Assembly (NCBI GenBank): GCA_963771175.1
Contig: CAVYSY010000039.1
Location: forward strand, 160,001-224,000
Length of the DNA stretch: 64,000 nt
Source of the DNA: an uncultured delta proteobacterium
GTDB taxonomy: Bacteria > Myxococcota > Myxococcia > Myxococcales > Myxococcaceae
Reading direction: 5' to 3'
Below are positions 63,130 through 64,000 of this stretch, one piece after another (positions within the stretch are counted from its first letter, which is position 1; each line of letters starts with the position of its first letter). The notes under the pieces were generated by a model. It had not been told where the DNA came from. It did not search any database and worked only from the letters and a program-made list of their open reading frames with translations. The translations under genes and the position numbers were made by a program.

Positions 63130-64000
63130 ATGCCGTCCTCCATCCGCGGCTCGCCCACCCCGACACGTGGGCTCCTGACAACGACCTCTCCTCGGAAGCA
63201 CCGGAAGCGGCGCGCCCCGGGATGGCCAGGTGTGCTGCTGCTCGCGCTCGGCCTCGCCTGCTCGCGTGGACGTGAGCAACCGCCCCGAGCGCTCCTCCAC
63301 GAGGCCTATGTCTGGCAGCGCGCCTGGAGCCCCGAGCTGGCTCAGGCCGTCACGGAGGCGCCCACCGAGCTGGGCGTACTCCGGGTGCTGGCGCGTGAAC
63401 GGTCGGGGTCGGCGCGTACGCCGGTGGACGTGGCGGTGGACGTGGCAGCCCTGGCTCGGAGCGGCCGCGAGGTCGTGGCGGTGATGCGGGTGGACGGCAC
63501 GGCACCGCTCGATGGCATCTCCCTCCAGGAAGTCACCGCGCATGCTCGGGCCTGGCGGGCACGGGGAGTGCGCGTGCGCGGCATCGAGCTCGATCACGAC
63601 TGCGCCACCGCCGCCCTGGATCGGTACGCGGACTGGCTGGCGCGCGAGCGGGCCGCACTCGGCGACCTGGCGCTCTCCATCACGGCGCTGCCCACGTGGA
63701 GCTCCTCGCCCGTACTCGCCCGGCTGGTCTCCATCCCCGACGACATCGTCCTCCAGGTGCACGCGGTGCGCGCGCCGACGCTCTTCACCCCCGAGGAGGC
63801 ACGAGGATTCACCGAGGCCTGGTCCCAGGCCACCGGCCGCCCCTTCCACGTGGCGCTGCCCACCTATCGCGTGCGGCTACGCGACGGGACACCCCTGTCC
63901 GCCGAGCCCCGAGAGGTAGCGCGCTTCCTCGCCGGGCTGCGCGAGCGCCCCGTGGCGGGAGTGGTGGGCATCCTCTGGTTCCGACTCGGCCACCGGGGCG
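63130..64000 (+). CDS. DUF3142-like lipoprotein (3' truncated by window)
   Basis: Open frame to the window end: LALGLAC, EAYVWQRAW, GIELDHDCAT, LSITALPTW, VLQVH, VALPTY, GILWFRL. Confidence 0.8.
   Translation, partial: MPSSIRGSPTPTRGLLTTTSPRKHRKRRAPGWPGVLLLALGLACSRGREQPPRALLHEAYVWQRAWSPELAQAVTEAPTELGVLRVLARERSGSARTPVDVAVDVAALARSGREVVAVMRVDGTAPLDGISLQEVTAHARAWRARGVRVRGIELDHDCATAALDRYADWLARERAALGDLALSITALPTWSSSPVLARLVSIPDDIVLQVHAVRAPTLFTPEEARGFTEAWSQATGRPFHVALPTYRVRLRDGTPLSAEPREVARFLAGLRERPVAGVVGILWFRLGHRG

Overview
High-GC myxobacterial (Cystobacterineae-like) chromosomal window, inferred from gene content (SitA5-like toxins, DUF2381/Ser-Thr kinase, Cys-rich lipoproteins, sigma54 EBP). It is mostly housekeeping, signalling and transport genes: Mla-type and export ABC systems, SPFH pair, kinases, adenylate cyclase, truD, an ECF sigma/anti-sigma operon, xth, acyl-CoA dehydrogenase and dnaE2. 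Lower-GC conflict islands are interspersed. Many genes carry single-base frameshifts, heavily so at about 34.6-35.7 kb and 38.4-42.7 kb, which look like assembly indels. The main discovery is a 2,867-bp large-serine-recombinase element (53944-56810) inserted at a GG core inside the conserved PEPVTK codons of a SitA5-like lipoprotein toxin gene. Precise excision would restore a 476-aa toxin in frame. The same excision would form a circle junction that joins an ATG at the element's right end in frame to the DUF5372-like ORF at its left end. Other signals: tandem NrtR-type operators over a sigma70 promoter driving an SPFH + NAD-kinase-like operon, a shared ECF promoter motif, a promoter shared by both toxin loci, a LexA-like box before dnaE2, a secreted Ntox16-like toxin/immunity pair, and an EEP-fold lipoprotein lacking most catalytic residues. 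All family assignments are from motif recognition by eye, not database searches.
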